A stretch of DNA of 64,000 nucleotides from NCBI GenBank assembly GCA_963833425.1, contig CAWHXP010000002.1:391194-455193 (forward strand). Direction: 5' to 3'. Under the pieces are notes generated by a model. The model had not been told where the DNA came from and did not search any database. It was given only the letters and a program-made list of their open reading frames with translations. Below are positions 24,004 to 36,535 of this stretch, piece by piece. Each line of letters opens with the position of its first letter. Within the stretch, counting starts at the first letter, position 1. The position numbers and the translations under genes are program-made. The stretch is from an uncultured Methanosarcinaceae archaeon. Lineage in GTDB: Archaea; Halobacteriota; Methanosarcinia; Methanosarcinales; Methanosarcinaceae.

Positions 24004-24927
24004 TTATAGTTCCATCTGTGAGATTATCTTTCGAATAGCTTCTGATGATTTTCTGAGAATTTCATTTTGGTCTGGATCTAATTTGAGTTCAAAAATGTTT
24101 TCGACTCCAGAAGCTCCAAGTTTCACTGGTACTCCGAAATAAATCCCCTCCTGGCCGTATTGCCCTTCCAGATAAGCACAAGCTGGAAGCATTCTCTTTG
24201 AGTCTTTAATCACAGCTTCGGCCATAGACACGATAGCTGAAGAAGGTGCATAAAAAGCACTTCCCTGTTTCAGGAGTCCTACAATTTCGGCTCCTCCATT
24301 TACTGTTCTCTCTACCAATCTGAAAATCTGATCATCTGAGAGCAGGTATGTGAGTGGAATTCCCGAGACAGTAGAATATTTTGGGAGAGGTATCATAAGA
24401 TCACCATGGCCCCCTATAACCGTTGCATGTACATCTTTTTTCGAACACCCGAGTTCTTCTGCAATAAAGCTCGCAAAACGTCCTGCATCCAGAACCCCGC
24501 TCATTCCGAATACTTTTGTTACCTCAAATCCTGTTGATTTCATTGCTACATAGGTCATAATATCAAGTGGATTTGTAACATTTATTACTATAGATTTGGG
24601 AGCATATTTAGCAATATTTTTAGAGATTTCAACAACTATCTTGGAGTTTATTTTAATCAAATCTTCTCGACTCATCCCAGGCTTTCTGGCAATTCCTGCT
24701 GTAATTATTGCAAGATCAGAATTTTCAATGTCTGAGTAATCGTTACTTCCCAATATTTGGGTATCATAATCTTCTATTGCACCTGCTTGCATGAGATCAA
24801 GAGCTTTTCCTTGCGGCAATCCATCTACGACATCCACCATGACAATTTCACCAAGTTCAAGCTCAGCTAGTCGCTGGACTGTAGTTGCTCCTACGTTTCC
24901 TGCACCAATTACGGAAATTTTAGCCAT
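24004..24927 (-). CDS. mdh: Malate dehydrogenase (LDH-like)
   Basis: GAGNVG, ARKPGMSREDL, NPLD, GGHGD. Confidence 0.95.
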   Translation of the reverse strand: MAKISVIGAGNVGATTVQRLAELELGEIVMVDVVDGLPQGKALDLMQAGAIEDYDTQILGSNDYSDIENSDLAIITAGIARKPGMSREDLIKINSKIVVEISKNIAKYAPKSIVINVTNPLDIMTYVAMKSTGFEVTKVFGMSGVLDAGRFASFIAEELGCSKKDVHATVIGGHGDLMIPLPKYSTVSGIPLTYLLSDDQIFRLVERTVNGGAEIVGLLKQGSAFYAPSSAIVSMAEAVIKDSKRMLPACAYLEGQYGQEGIYFGVPVKLGASGVENIFELKLDPDQNEILRKSSEAIRKIISQMEL

Positions 24928-24977
24928 TAAATGCACTCCTGTATCAAATTATTAATTCCAAGATATTCTTAATCATC

Positions 24978-25069
24978 AGAAGAATTAAGATAAACCCTAA
25001 TTTTGGGCTGGATGTATATAAGACCAATATAAATAATTTGCTAAAATCGGAGGTTTATTGAAATTATTT
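24978..25069. repeat. MITE-like element (reverse orientation)
   Basis: AGAATTAAGATAAACCC...AATCGGAGGTTTATTGAAAT. Confidence 0.6.
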
Positions 25070-25424
25070 TCTGTCCACATTACCCTCAATATTTCTTTAA
25101 TTTGCCTGTCCAAGATTCATATTACTGGATAACTATTATTTAATATTCATTATTTGTTTTTATAATTTAAAATTATTTTAATCCTATCAGGCTTGAAAAG
25201 TTGTTCAGCTTTTGATAACTATCAAGCCTACCGAAAATAAGTGAGAAGGGATCTATTTTTACGCAAGAGAGGCTTTTGATTACTGACCGAAAGAGAACAA
25301 AAAAGTGATCTATACCATAGAGCTAGATCATACTTACAAGCTCACACCTTTCTAAAAACAAATGAGTATGTTCACGCCACTCTTTTGATATAAAGAAATT
25401 ATGCAAAAAGAAGTACTTTCATTG

Positions 25425-25670
25425 CTCAATGCTTCTTTTTTCTGGTTTCTGGTATGATCTGCATCAATCTTGAAGGATAATATTTTATTTCAGCTCCAAC
25501 GAAAAGATATACTTGATCGCCATCATTACAGATTACATCAACTCAAAACAGTGCCTTTTACTAATTCAAAAGCAGATATATTTCAAATAGTTAACCATAA
25601 CATTGTCTAAAAGAGAATTTTTGCGATACTCAATACAAAAACCACGTGTATATCTTATTTTTATAGACAT
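25425..25670 (-). mobile_element. IS200-type tnpA remnant
   Basis: FCIEYRKNSLLD..VNYLKYICF and DGDQVYLFVGAEIKYYPSRLMQII. Confidence 0.7.
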
Positions 25671-25887
25671 GATTTGCATGGCTAAGTCCAATTTATAGCT
25701 TAAAGGTAGCTTAAGTCCATGTTCTTCAGATGTACACAAAAATTCTATATATTTTCTCAATATGGCAATAGCTTAAGAATTAATCTAATTTTCGATGAAT
25801 AATCGTAAGCAAATAGGAGACAAATTCTACAATTGTGCACATCAATTGAATATCAATTTTATAATATAAAGTTAAGGAGTTTTTATT

Positions 25888-27129
25888 CTGAAGCTGGCCT
25901 TTAAAGGTGGGTGCAGGGAAATCGGACGTTCTGGTTTACTCGTAAATGGGGAAATCCTGCTTGATTATGGAATAAAAGTAGGAGGCATACTCGAATATCC
26001 TCTCAACGACATTGAGCCGAAGAAGGTTCTTGTTTCACATGGACATCTTGACCACTGTGGGGCAGTGCCTAACTTAATGTACCAGAATCCAGAGGTTTAC
26101 ATGACCCCACCGACTGCAGAGTTTACCAACCTTCTAGGGAGAGACACCCTCAAACTCGCGAAGACTACACTTCCAGGTATATCCCCTTTTGATCCTGAAG
26201 ATCTCCATCAACTTAGCCGCAGGACACGAAAAATTGATTATGGAGATACATTCAAAACAAACGGATATAGAGTTTGCTTTTACAACGCAGGTCATATCCC
26301 TGATGCTTCGGGAATCCACCTGGAATCAGAACGCTGAGAAAGTATATTCTACACAGGAGATTTCAGCCCGAAAGAAACAAGGCTTGTGCATGGTGCAGCC
26401 GAATTTCCTGAAGCAGAAACTCTTGTGATCGAGAGCACGTATTTCGAGAAAGACCATATCCCCCGAAAGGAAACCGAAGAAAAGTTTATTGAATCAGTCC
26501 AAGATACTCTGGAGAAAGGAGGCACTGCACTTATCCCTGCCTTTGCAATAGGTAGGACTCAGGAGATCCTGATGCTACTTGATGCACACGGGATCAGGGC
26601 TCATGTAGATAGTATGGGCCTGGAAGTATACAAAATACTTAAAAAATACCCTGAATACCTGAGAAATCCTGAGCTTCTTGACAGGGCTTTCAGACGTGCG
26701 GTTCCCGTAAAAGTACAGCAGCGGAATTTAGTCCTTAAAGAACCTTCAGTAATTGTCACTACAGCTGGAATGCTGGACGGAGGACCAGCTCTTTATTATC
26801 TAAGCAGACAATATAAAGATCCCAAATCAAAAGTCCTACTTGCCGGTTACCAGGTTGAAGGTACAAATGGACGGAGGGCCCTTGAGCATAGAATTATTGA
26901 AACAAAAGAAGAGGTCCTGACACTCAAGCTCAAAATAGAGCAGTACGACTTTTCCGCCCACAGCGGAGACGGTGAGCTCAAGAAGCTTGTAAAAGATTTC
27001 TGCAAAAGAGACACAATCAGAGTCTTTGTAATGCATGGGGACAAAACTGAAGTTTTTTCGCAATGGATTTCGGAGGAAATCGGCGTGGATGCATACGCAC
27101 CTTCAAACGGGGAGTCTTTTACCTTTTAA
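25888..27129 (+). pseudogene. MBL/beta-CASP ribonuclease (aCPSF2-like) with one in-frame TGA
   Basis: GGCREIGRS, SHGHLDH, AGHIP, YTGD, FSAH and VMHGD all in one frame; TGA at 26335-26337. Confidence 0.85.
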
Positions 27130-27199
27130 AGAAAATAAAAGGATATACAGGACTTCAAAAAACCTGCGAAACGCTTAAACCTCAAATAATTCTAATCAC

Positions 27200-27742
27200 C
27201 TAGGTATGATCCTGAATCCGAGACCCAGGAGATACACGCAAAGATAATCCTTCTGGCTGCACGGACTGCCACAAAAATCAAAGGATTAGACTACACCGTA
27301 ACTGCCTTTGTTGAAAAAGATGATATTGGTGCCCTTGCCCTGACAATGGAAAAGCTGGCAGATGAAAAAGGCGCAGGATCCGATTTCCTGAAAAGGGATG
27401 CTGCAAACCTCATAAATACCGGAGTCGCGATCCTTATAGGCGTTAAAACCAGCAGAGCTGCAGGTCTTAATTGCCTAGCCTGTGGATTTGAAACCTGTGT
27501 AGAGATGTTGAACCGACAAAAGGTAGAAGCAGAGTTTAAAGGTCCAAATTGCATGTTTAAGCATGCAGATCTGGAAATTGTTGTAGGTGCAGCTGTTGCA
27601 AAAGCCAAAGATTTTTGTATCGACAAGAGTTATGTACACGATTGGTGCAGTTCAAGGGGTATCGGATTTGAAAGATGATGATGTTGTTTTTTGGATTTCT
27701 CTGAGTTTAACAGGGAAGAATATTTTCTTCGATAGTAAATAG
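27200..27742 (+). pseudogene. DUF2148 ferredoxin-domain protein, frameshifted near the 3' end
   Basis: LLAARTA, GLNCLACGFETC, GPNC; tail GKNIFFD in another frame. Confidence 0.75.
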
Positions 27743-27976
27743 ATATTTTTAATAAAATAACCCGCAGTAGTCCATCCTAAACAGATTGTCTGACAATTTA
27801 ATTTTGAGATGAATAGATAACAAAAAAGCTCTTAAAACCTTTAAATTGAAAATATGGGTTAATTTATTACTGCTAAAAATTATCTAACAGATTCATCATG
27901 GTAGGAAGGGAGTTATCAGCTAAAAAAATATACTGGTAGGTTTCCCTTCCTAAAAAGTGGAGATCTCCCTATGCTC

Positions 27977-29170
27977 TTATTCCACACCAATCCGATCCAT
28001 GTGTCCAGGAGCCCCAGGATCCACCGGGGAAGAATGATTGAAGTAATTGGCTGTGACATTTACATCATCTAGAGAACTTTCATTTCTATTGACTCCGGCT
28101 TTCAGGACAGATAAATTATTGTTCCCTCGGCTATGAAGCTGTCTACTGTTACGCTGTAAGAGCTTGTTGGATCAATAGAAGTTCTATTAATCTTTATGCT
28201 GGAGATATTGACCTTCTTGCCAACGGGGGCACTTTTGTTCCATGTATAACTGAAGCCGTTTGAGACCTGTAGTAATACGCCTTTGTTGCCAAAAGATGTA
28301 TTGAACTGTTGATCCAGCAAATCTTCTATTTGAGTGCCTTTCAAGGTCATTGTGACTAGTTTATTCCCAAAGGGTTGGACGCTGAAGGCCTCACCATACG
28401 TGACATTACATGGCAGTTTACTACCATTCAAACAAATCAGGTTAGAACGAATGCCTTCCGGGTTTGCGAAAGCTACCACAGCACCGCCATAACTTAGGTT
28501 AGAGGTGTTATTGAACTGGGCATCGGCTATGAGATCACCAAGGGCGGATTCACCATGACCATAGATTCCTGTGTAATATTACCCGTGATGTTGCCGATCA
28601 CCGTGTTTGCAGTAGATTCAACCCGACGTTGGTATTCCATGACCAACTCGGCTACTCTGGAATCTGTAGGAGCATTCCTAGACACTATAATGTTTCTGGC
28701 ACTTTTTTTGATTACAGCATGTGTCTCATTGCTGATTACCAAATCGATGTCTGTGAGTACGCTACCCTGTGCATCGGCTTGTGCCACTATGCTATCGTTA
28801 ATAAGGGCATTGTAGGCTTGATGGGTGTGGCTGTGATGAATACATCTACTGCATGATCGGTGTTGTTGAGTACATCGAAGATGGGACCAATTTTATTCTG
28901 GATCTCGTTGTACAATCCTTTCTGATAGCCCCATTATGTATGAGCACCACTATGGTTTTCACGTCCTTTTCCTGTAACTCCCTGACGTATTTGTTAATGG
29001 TCTCGGATTCATTCAGGAACTTGAGTCCCTTCATTGCTGAAGGAAGTACCACATTAGGTGTATCTTCCAGGACAACTCCAATAAATCCTATTGGTACTCC
29101 CTGGACGTAGGTGACAGCGTCAGCAGGGAACACTGTGGCGTTTGTGCTCTAATTAACTATGTTCGGCAGC
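27977..29170 (-). pseudogene. 5'-nucleotidase/metallophosphatase, 5'-truncated and frameshifted
   Basis: VPIGFIG, KTIVVLIHNG and VAFANPEGIR..VQPFGNKLVTMTLKG in several frames. Confidence 0.85.
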
Positions 29171-29171
29171 T

Positions 29172-29312
29172 AAAAATAGATATTGCTACTATGGCACTTA
29201 TGGAAAGACAGAATTATACAGAATACTTCTGGGCAGCATTGCAGGAAATTTGGTCCGGCACTCGAAGATGCCTGTCATGATTGTAAGGAAAAAGTATGAG
29301 CCTCAAGACTGA
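29172..29312 (+). pseudogene. C-terminal remnant of a universal stress protein
   Basis: RILLGSIAGNLVRHSKMPVMIVRKKYEPQD*. Confidence 0.75.
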
Positions 29313-29327
29313 TCTAAAATAAATTAT

Positions 29328-29418
29328 AGAGAATTTTGATAAACTGAGGACTTTCGTCATAGGCTTATAAGTAGTATCCAAATAACTCAAGAAAATAGGA
29401 GGTTTATTGGAGTATATA
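29328..29418. repeat. MITE-like element, degenerate
   Basis: AGAGAATTTTGATAAAC...GGAGGTTTATTGGAGT. Confidence 0.55.
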
Positions 29419-29819
29419 TATACATATTTATATTTTCAAATAAATGTTTTTAGAATGGTATACATTTATCACAGTTTTTATATTTAGTGGTTTCACTGCT
29501 CATAGTTTTTTTGTGGGAAAACCTGTGTGCAGAACTCTTTTAATTCATTTATTAAATATGTATCTAAGCATTCATTAACCTTTAGGTTATTCTACTTGAT
29601 TTTAGACTTCAAATGCGTAAATTTATTAATTATTTTGAGACAATCGAAGGTGTCTATGGCTGATTCATAAAAGTTTCTTGTAGCAAATATAAAATACAAT
29701 TCAGCTTAAAAATGAGTAGATGGTCTCTCATATGTACGGAGCCATTCAAATGAAAAATTTCAGAGAAATTATCAAGGATTGTAACAAAATTACATATAAC
29801 TCTATAAATAACCTACTTC

Positions 29820-30717
29820 ACTTTTCATGATTTAACACATTGCCAATTGTATTACGTATTCGGTCCTTATCCTAACATTTCTCTCGAGATACCCTTTATA
29901 ATTCACGATTTCCGGTGCTCTCTCCACAAAACTAAGACCACCAAAATTTCGTTCCACGTATTTATACATAACAAGCTCGCTGTTTTCCCTGGGGATTAGG
30001 AATAGTTTTTCCCTCCGGCTTTTGCTGCCTTGGCTTTTTCGAGCACTCCACATATCGCGCCAATTTTACCTTTGCTATCAATAGTGCCTGTAAGAATAAT
30101 GCTGTTATTGAGTTTGATATTGCTATCGATTGCGGAAACGGTAAGAAGAGTCACGAGAGCACCTGCACTGGAGCCTTCAATACGCGGAATTTGATTTTTA
30201 GCATTAATACTGAATATAACATCACTTTTCGAAAGTGATTTCCCAGTTTTATTCTCAGCTAATAAGACTGCGGTGTTTCCTGCATCCTGGAAAAGTACAC
30301 CCATGAGAGGAGTTGTCTGGACGAGCACACGACCTTCTCCTGGCTTGATCTCAACAGAAACATCTATCAGAGCACCTTCTTCAGCAACTGTCGAATCTGG
30401 TTGTACGACCTCCAAGACAGCAGGTCCCTGTAGATTAGCGAATCCATTTAGGCATGTGGGACCAGTTTTAAAATTATTTTTGAGTTCAAAATTTTTTTTG
30501 CGATGGGATTCAAATTGGGAATCATAAAATTGAAGCAACTTATTATTTTGATTTATTTTCGCTAGAATTTCTTCGCTTTCCTTCTGGAGATTATTTATAC
30601 GAGTCTGCATTTCGTTGATTTATTTTTTTCAATGGAAGGGGTCTCCTTAAATAAGACGGAGTAAGCATTTGAGACAAGCGAAAGTATCAACAGGAAGATG
30701 AGAAATTTAGATTTCAT
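29820..30717 (-). pseudogene. Lon-like (S16) serine protease without ATPase domain, frameshifted
   Basis: N-terminal hydrophobic segment from 30717; IEGSSAG, LTGTIDSKGKIGAI and EKAKAA; frameshifts near 30615 and 30005. Confidence 0.8.
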
Positions 30718-31124
30718 ATACCAACCATTATTAGTTTGCCGCAATGGTATTTATTCTTCTTTTTGATAGTTCTTTATACTCTTCGGAGGATGGATAATTT
30801 AATAGATTAATCGTACGTATATATCACATCAAAATAGATACCGATTACCGATTCTTGGTAGGCTGAATAATTACAAATAACTTTTGAATGGTGAAGTAGT
30901 CTCAAAAAACGATAGCATAGAAATCAATTGTAATTCTAAATAATGTCCAGAGACTTGCAAGAACATATTGATCAAATATACTAATATCGCTTCGTGTCTG
31001 TAAAAACTAGAGAAATTTCAGTCGTTGGAAAAGAAGATGGAAATGTTGATATTACTGAAATGATCTCATAGGAGATCAAGGTCTCAAAAATAAAATAGGA
31101 GAAAGTTACGATTTTCTGCTTGGT

Positions 31125-31275
31125 TTATGCCATTAAGCTCTTTCCGGAAAATCATATAGTTGTACGATCTGAGTCGGTGTGTATATGATCCCACCGACTT
31201 TGGGACTGTGAGCGTGCCTCTTTCATAAAAATATTGAACATGGGGACGTGCCTGTGGCTTGTCGTCAGGCCCAAA
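31125..31275 (-). pseudogene. Sedolisin/kumamolisin (S53) fragment
   Basis: Translates DDKPQARPHVQ...YTPTQIVQLYDFPE, the propeptide/catalytic-domain junction. Confidence 0.65.
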
Positions 31276-31777
31276 ATTTATGATTTATATATCTTTTTGC
31301 CGGATGAATCAAGTTCTGGCTTGCGTTCTGTGGCAGTATGTTTGTGCTTCCTACTTTTATTGCATACCAGCAACCATTAGTTCCGCTGGAGGTGGAAACT
31401 ACGCCGTTCAGTGCGTTTTCAGTAATATTTCCGCCATAGACTGTTTTATAATTATCAAAATCCCAAAGTATCATCCATCGCTCTGCATCCATTTCCTAGT
31501 GAAGTTTTGTGTCGGAATATTGAATGTGTTATTGCTGTTGAAAGTCATTTCTACTTGAGCGTAGCTTCCCTGAAACCAAAATCTTAATGAAGATTCCATT
31601 GTCCAACAATTGCCATATTTATCACCAGATATTTTATATTTTTATTACCCTTATTCATTTATTTGCGCCTGTTATTCGCAGAATTTTAAGTTTTTGAACC
31701 AATTTACTCCGGATAATACATTGTAAATATATTAAAAATGTTATGGGTTATTATAGCATCTTAAAGAATTTCGATAA

Positions 31778-31990
31778 TTTCCAAACGGGAAATAATACTG
31801 CATAAAATTATTTCAAACCAAAGGACGTTAAATATAATTATACAAAAAATAGTTTCCAAACGAATAATAATAACGCATAAAATTATTTCAATTCAAAGGA
31901 CAGTTAAATATAATTATACAAAAAATAGTTTCCAAACAAAAAATAACACCGCATAAAATTATTTTCAGTCAAAGAACAATTAGATATTAA
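31778..31990. repeat. Tandem repeat, about 3 x 75-76 bp
   Basis: Units start TTTCCAAAC at 31778, 31853 and 31929 and share GCATAAAATTATTT. Confidence 0.9.
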
Positions 31991-32329
31991 TAATGATTTT
32001 TTATTGATTCCAAAGTTTTCAGAATTTAGAATTAACTTTTTCCTAAAAAAGCAATATATATTTAACCTTAGATTAAATTCTAAGTTTTAAAGGTTTGATA
32101 AAAAAGATTATCAACACCATCTAATTAGCTCAAATTTTTTTAAATTTTTTATCGTGTCCTCGGGTAGTCAAACAAATCTGTTTAATAATTAGATCGCTAA
32201 TTTTTAGGAAACAATAGTTCCACTGTAAAAATAAAAATCTCATTCTTTTTGCCCATGTGCCCGTAAAATTAATCATTCTGTTACGCTTGAGAATATACTG
32301 CCTGTGACCTATCACATGTCGATTAAATG

Positions 32330-32585
32330 CAATGAAAGATAATCTCGCCAATGGGAAGAGTAAGCACGATTATGCAACGATTCCATTTAAAGATCTATTG
32401 AAATATCCTGGATCCAAACTTGCAGATGAAAATTGTCATTGCTATTTGTGGATTACAAACGAAGTTTGCCAAAGGGATTTTAATTATTGAAGCATGTGGA
32501 TTCCTATATAGCACATCTTTATTTGGGTAAAACCGAATTTCGGTATGAGAAATTATTTTAGGGGAAGTACCGAGCAAGTTAGCAG
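32330..32585 (+). pseudogene. MT-A70-family adenine methyltransferase remnant
   Basis: LADENCHCYLWITN, SLPKGF and IWVKPNFGMRNYFRGSTEQV in shifted frames. Confidence 0.7.
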
Positions 32586-33901
32586 AGAGCAGCAAAACGC
32601 ATAGCACACACTTTAGTGGCTGCTTTTATGGCATTTTTCTACTGCATCAAGGCCATTTGTAATTTTTCTGATTTGAGCTGGAAGCCTTACTATTGACACT
32701 TCCGGCGAAATTGTCAGTAATAGAGCATTAGAAGTCCTACAAAACTATCGTGCTATGGTTGAGAGCATTTCAATGGGTAAAATAGCAACCCTGTAGGCCC
32801 CTATTCCCGGATCTGCTGGTCCACCAACGATAAAATCTGAGACAAGAATCTCGACTAATAATCACTACTGTAGGTAAAAAAAGTGCTCTCAAAGCCTATG
32901 AGCATTCCTGAAATAATATTCGTTGCAGCTTCGGTTTCAGAGAAGGAGGCAATACTTTACACATATTTAGATTTGAAGATGGTCTCTTGACATATACCAA
33001 AATTTACAATAATATATTGAAGAATGAAGATTACAGTATCTCCACTATAAGTCGTATGGTTTTGAATCCACTATTTATACCTTCTGTTAATTTTTAGCTT
33101 TCTATAATTTTTGTGCATCTATCATTATTAACCCACAATAGGTAGACTTAATGCTCTCTTAAGATAATTAAAGTTGAATTCATTAGTCATCGATTAAAAA
33201 ATTTTCTTGTTTTCGTGCTATCTATTTGGACCAAAAAAATAGTCTCAGAATTCAAACACCAACTATAAAATCAACAATCGACCCTAATTTCATATCAATG
33301 ATTACAATGGAGAATTTTTGCGAAACCAGTGCAATTTATCATCTTTGAAAAAGGAGGTTACTACCAAGCTCTGATCTGATGAGAATTATTCAGAATGCAA
33401 AGTTGCAATTCTGCAGCTTGAAACCAAAGTAATCAAAGTTTGCTCTACAAATGTGGAGAGCAGTTCCATCCTCTATTTTCCTGGCAACACAAATGACTCA
33501 ATCAAGACTTACGCACTCAAAGTACAAAATTAACTGCAATAGAACATTTTGGTCAAATTCACCATTTAAATAGTAGGAGGTTTAAAGCTACCACTTTATA
33601 TATCTCTAGTAAACAAATCCGATATATATTATATTGACTCTCCGCCGTTTTTTGTGGGTTGAAAATAATGTTCCAGTTGAAAAAGTAACTATACAAAGAA
33701 ATAAACATCGATAATAAATGTGATTTTCCTAAATAACTATTTCAGAATATCACATATATTTTGCCGCATTTGGAAAGTGATTTAAAATACCCACTAGAAA
33801 TAATGAAGAACCTTATTATTTCTTAATCCGATACTCCAAATCACTTTATCTGACCTAACTAAGTTAGATGGTTAACGAAATTATTAGTTTCCTTGTTTGG
33901 T

Positions 33902-34969
33902 TTAGATTATCAAAAAAAAGCTTCCTCGGAAAGATTGAAATAAGTAATAACAGAAAAATACAACTATAAGTCCGACAAAAATAAAGCCAATAGCTTTAAT
34001 AATATCGAAACGTTTCTTCGGAACTTCTATAAGAGTATTGAGGGAAGGAATACTTTTCGGATATTTAAGATATTTAATTATTCCAGGTTTGTGCCCTGCT
34101 CCTATCACCACAACGACAGTTTTGTTTCCACCTGCAGCGATATTAAGTATATTTCCTGCAAGATATGCGTCCCGTTCGTCAATTAACACCTCTGCTGCTG
34201 TAGGGGCAAAACTCCTAAGTTCACTTACAAGGGTAGTTACAACATCCTGTTCTGTTATTTGATCGATGTCTATCTCATTTCCTTTTCCAATTCCTATAAA
34301 ACCATAGAGCAGGGAGATAATCATCCTGATTTTCTCCAGGAATTTCATCTTTCTCCAAAATCGCTGAAGAGTCACCTGGATATCTCGGTCAATTAAGGCA
34401 ACTTTAGATCCTGAAGTTTCAGCTTCCTCTATAGCTGCAAGCATCTCAGCGCCTGGTTTTACGCCCATGTCTTCACCTATCTTTTTCTGCATATAGGCAA
34501 GCACCCATTGGATGGTGTAGTAGTAGATTTTTCCTTCAAAAAGAATATCCTTGATCGGAACCTGGTTTTCCTGGACATTCCCTTTTATGGAATCATAGCG
34601 TCCCCTGCAGAGCTCGACAGCAACTATATCTGGTTTCAGATTTTTGATAGCGGCTCTAACTTCATCGACACTCTTTTCTGAAACATGGGCTGTCCCTATG
34701 AGCACAATTTTTGAAGGGTGACATTCATCCTCGCATTCACCTGGGAATTGAGAAAGCAAAGGAATTGAGATTTCCAAAGCTGAGTCAAGAAGCGTCTCTG
34801 TAAAAAATTCAGAGGTTATATTCGATTTTGCTTCAGTATCCCTGGGTTCTATCGCAGATGAAGGGAAAGAAATTTCATTTTTTCTTTGTATGTCAATCGG
34901 AGAATCAGAGGATTTAGACTTCTCGACAGAAATATAATTTTCTGCGGATTCGGTCACAAGTTTGTTCAT
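33902..34969 (-). CDS. TraB/GumN (PrgY-like) protein, probably C-terminally truncated
   Basis: LIGTAHVS, VAVELC, KPGAEM, LIDRDI, ERD and GAGH. Ends after the first TM helix; the usual multi-TM tail was not seen. Confidence 0.85.
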   Translation of the reverse strand: MNKLVTESAENYISVEKSKSSDSPIDIQRKNEISFPSSAIEPRDTEAKSNITSEFFTETLLDSALEISIPLLSQFPGECEDECHPSKIVLIGTAHVSEKSVDEVRAAIKNLKPDIVAVELCRGRYDSIKGNVQENQVPIKDILFEGKIYYYTIQWVLAYMQKKIGEDMGVKPGAEMLAAIEEAETSGSKVALIDRDIQVTLQRFWRKMKFLEKIRMIISLLYGFIGIGKGNEIDIDQITEQDVVTTLVSELRSFAPTAAEVLIDERDAYLAGNILNIAAGGNKTVVVVIGAGHKPGIIKYLKYPKSIPSLNTLIEVPKKRFDIIKAIGFIFVGLIVVFFCYYLFQSFRGSFFLII

Positions 34970-35929
34970 AGAATATCTCGACTCCTAATATGAAGGGTGG
35001 AAATTATAGTTAGAGTCACTGTTATGGTGATCTGTGATTTAGGGATATAAATTATCAATCTCTCTGCTATGACTAATTAGGAATATTGGACGAGGATACA
35101 TTACTTAAAAGATTGTAGGTCTTGTCCAGAGATGTCGAATTTCAAAAGAACGGATACATACTCATAATTTATATAACAATTTAAAGATACTCTCTTGCTC
35201 GCGGTTTCCAATAGCTCATATCAACTACCAAATTGGATTTTGTAGCATAAATAATTCAGTTCTCCACATAAAATAACCAGCTATAGAAAAATTTAATCGC
35301 AATCAGTTAATTAACTTATTGTAACTACTTGCAGGAATATTATATCTTTCTGCAGTTATATTTTTTTTAGTCTTTATTTCTATGATTTCACTTTAAATTT
35401 ATTCCTATAAAATAATTTGGTGACTATTTTGATAGGAGAATATAATATCAATAGCTTTCTAATTAATATGTATGGGTCAATCCTTGTGTACATACGTGAA
35501 AAGTAGAATATATCTATCCACGAATCACAAAATGTAAATTTAACCACAGAAATCATGGAAAACCATGAAAAAAAATAAAAGCAATTTTATCGTTTCTTTC
35601 TGTTTTTAATTTTGTGTTTAAGTTTAGTAAAAAACTTTCCATGCTCACTTATAAATATATTATTGTAACTATACTGTTTGAGAATACCTCATATGTATAG
35701 TTATTTTTGTTTCTATACATTAAGCAAATTTTTATGGGATTATTTCATTCAACTATCTACTATTAATTCTGTTTGTTGGTTTTTCCATCAGTTAATATTA
35801 GAAGTATCTATTGCGTCAAAATATATTTCAACAAATCGATTTTTGGTAGATTGAAAGTACATGTTTTTTGTAAATTTTTAAAGTGTTAATTTTTACTTTG
35901 GAGACTATAAAACAGAAGCTTTCAAATAT

Positions 35930-36535
35930 CCAAATCAGATAATATCTGGAGTTGACGTAATCGTTATGGTTAAAATGCTTTTTTAAAGCAATGAAATGAT
36001 CTTTCAGAATTTGAATTTGAGAAACAATATATTGATCGAATTTCTTTCAGAAAATTTCTCAGTCTGTCCTGAGTACATACCAGACAGTATCACGTCTGTA
36101 CATCCAGAAAAAAATTATTGATAACTGCAAAGAATAAGAAATATAGGGATAGTTTCGAAACAAAATTAATTGCTTTGGTTTGAAAATAAAAACGAGAATT
36201 ATTCTGTAAGCTACTTTTATCCATTCAAATTCTAGACATGCAAAAACGAGTTCCGAAAAAATCAAGTGATTTACATAGACAGAGGATACTTTTGAACAAA
36301 ATCAACATGTTATAATGTAAATGGAAAGAGCAGTAAAAGAACGTTTTCTAGGAATAAGAGATTTATAAAGGAAAGAGAATTATGCTCAAAAATATCAGAG
36401 GAAAGAATTTATGCAGTAACTAAAAAGATGTTCAAAGCAGAAAAAGTTTTTGTAACGACTGTTCAAATAGTGAGTTTAAAGATTTTGTGTACAGCTTTTT
36501 GTTATAATCTCCATCAATTGAGGACATTGAAATAA
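35930..36535 (+). mobile_element. IS5-family transposase remnant
   Basis: ERIYAVTKKMFKAEKVFVTTVQ..TAFCYNLHQLRTLK, with many indels upstream. Confidence 0.65.

Noticed and set aside
1418..26337. Stop-codon recoding (Sec or pyrrolysine) as the explanation for in-frame stops
   Set aside because: TAA, TAG and TGA all occur, mostly alongside frameshifts, and TGA and TAG end normal genes here.
31778..31990. CRISPR array (35-bp GTT...AAAC repeat with ~40-bp gaps)
   Set aside because: The would-be spacers resemble each other, only two exact repeats exist and no cas genes are present; it is a tandem repeat.
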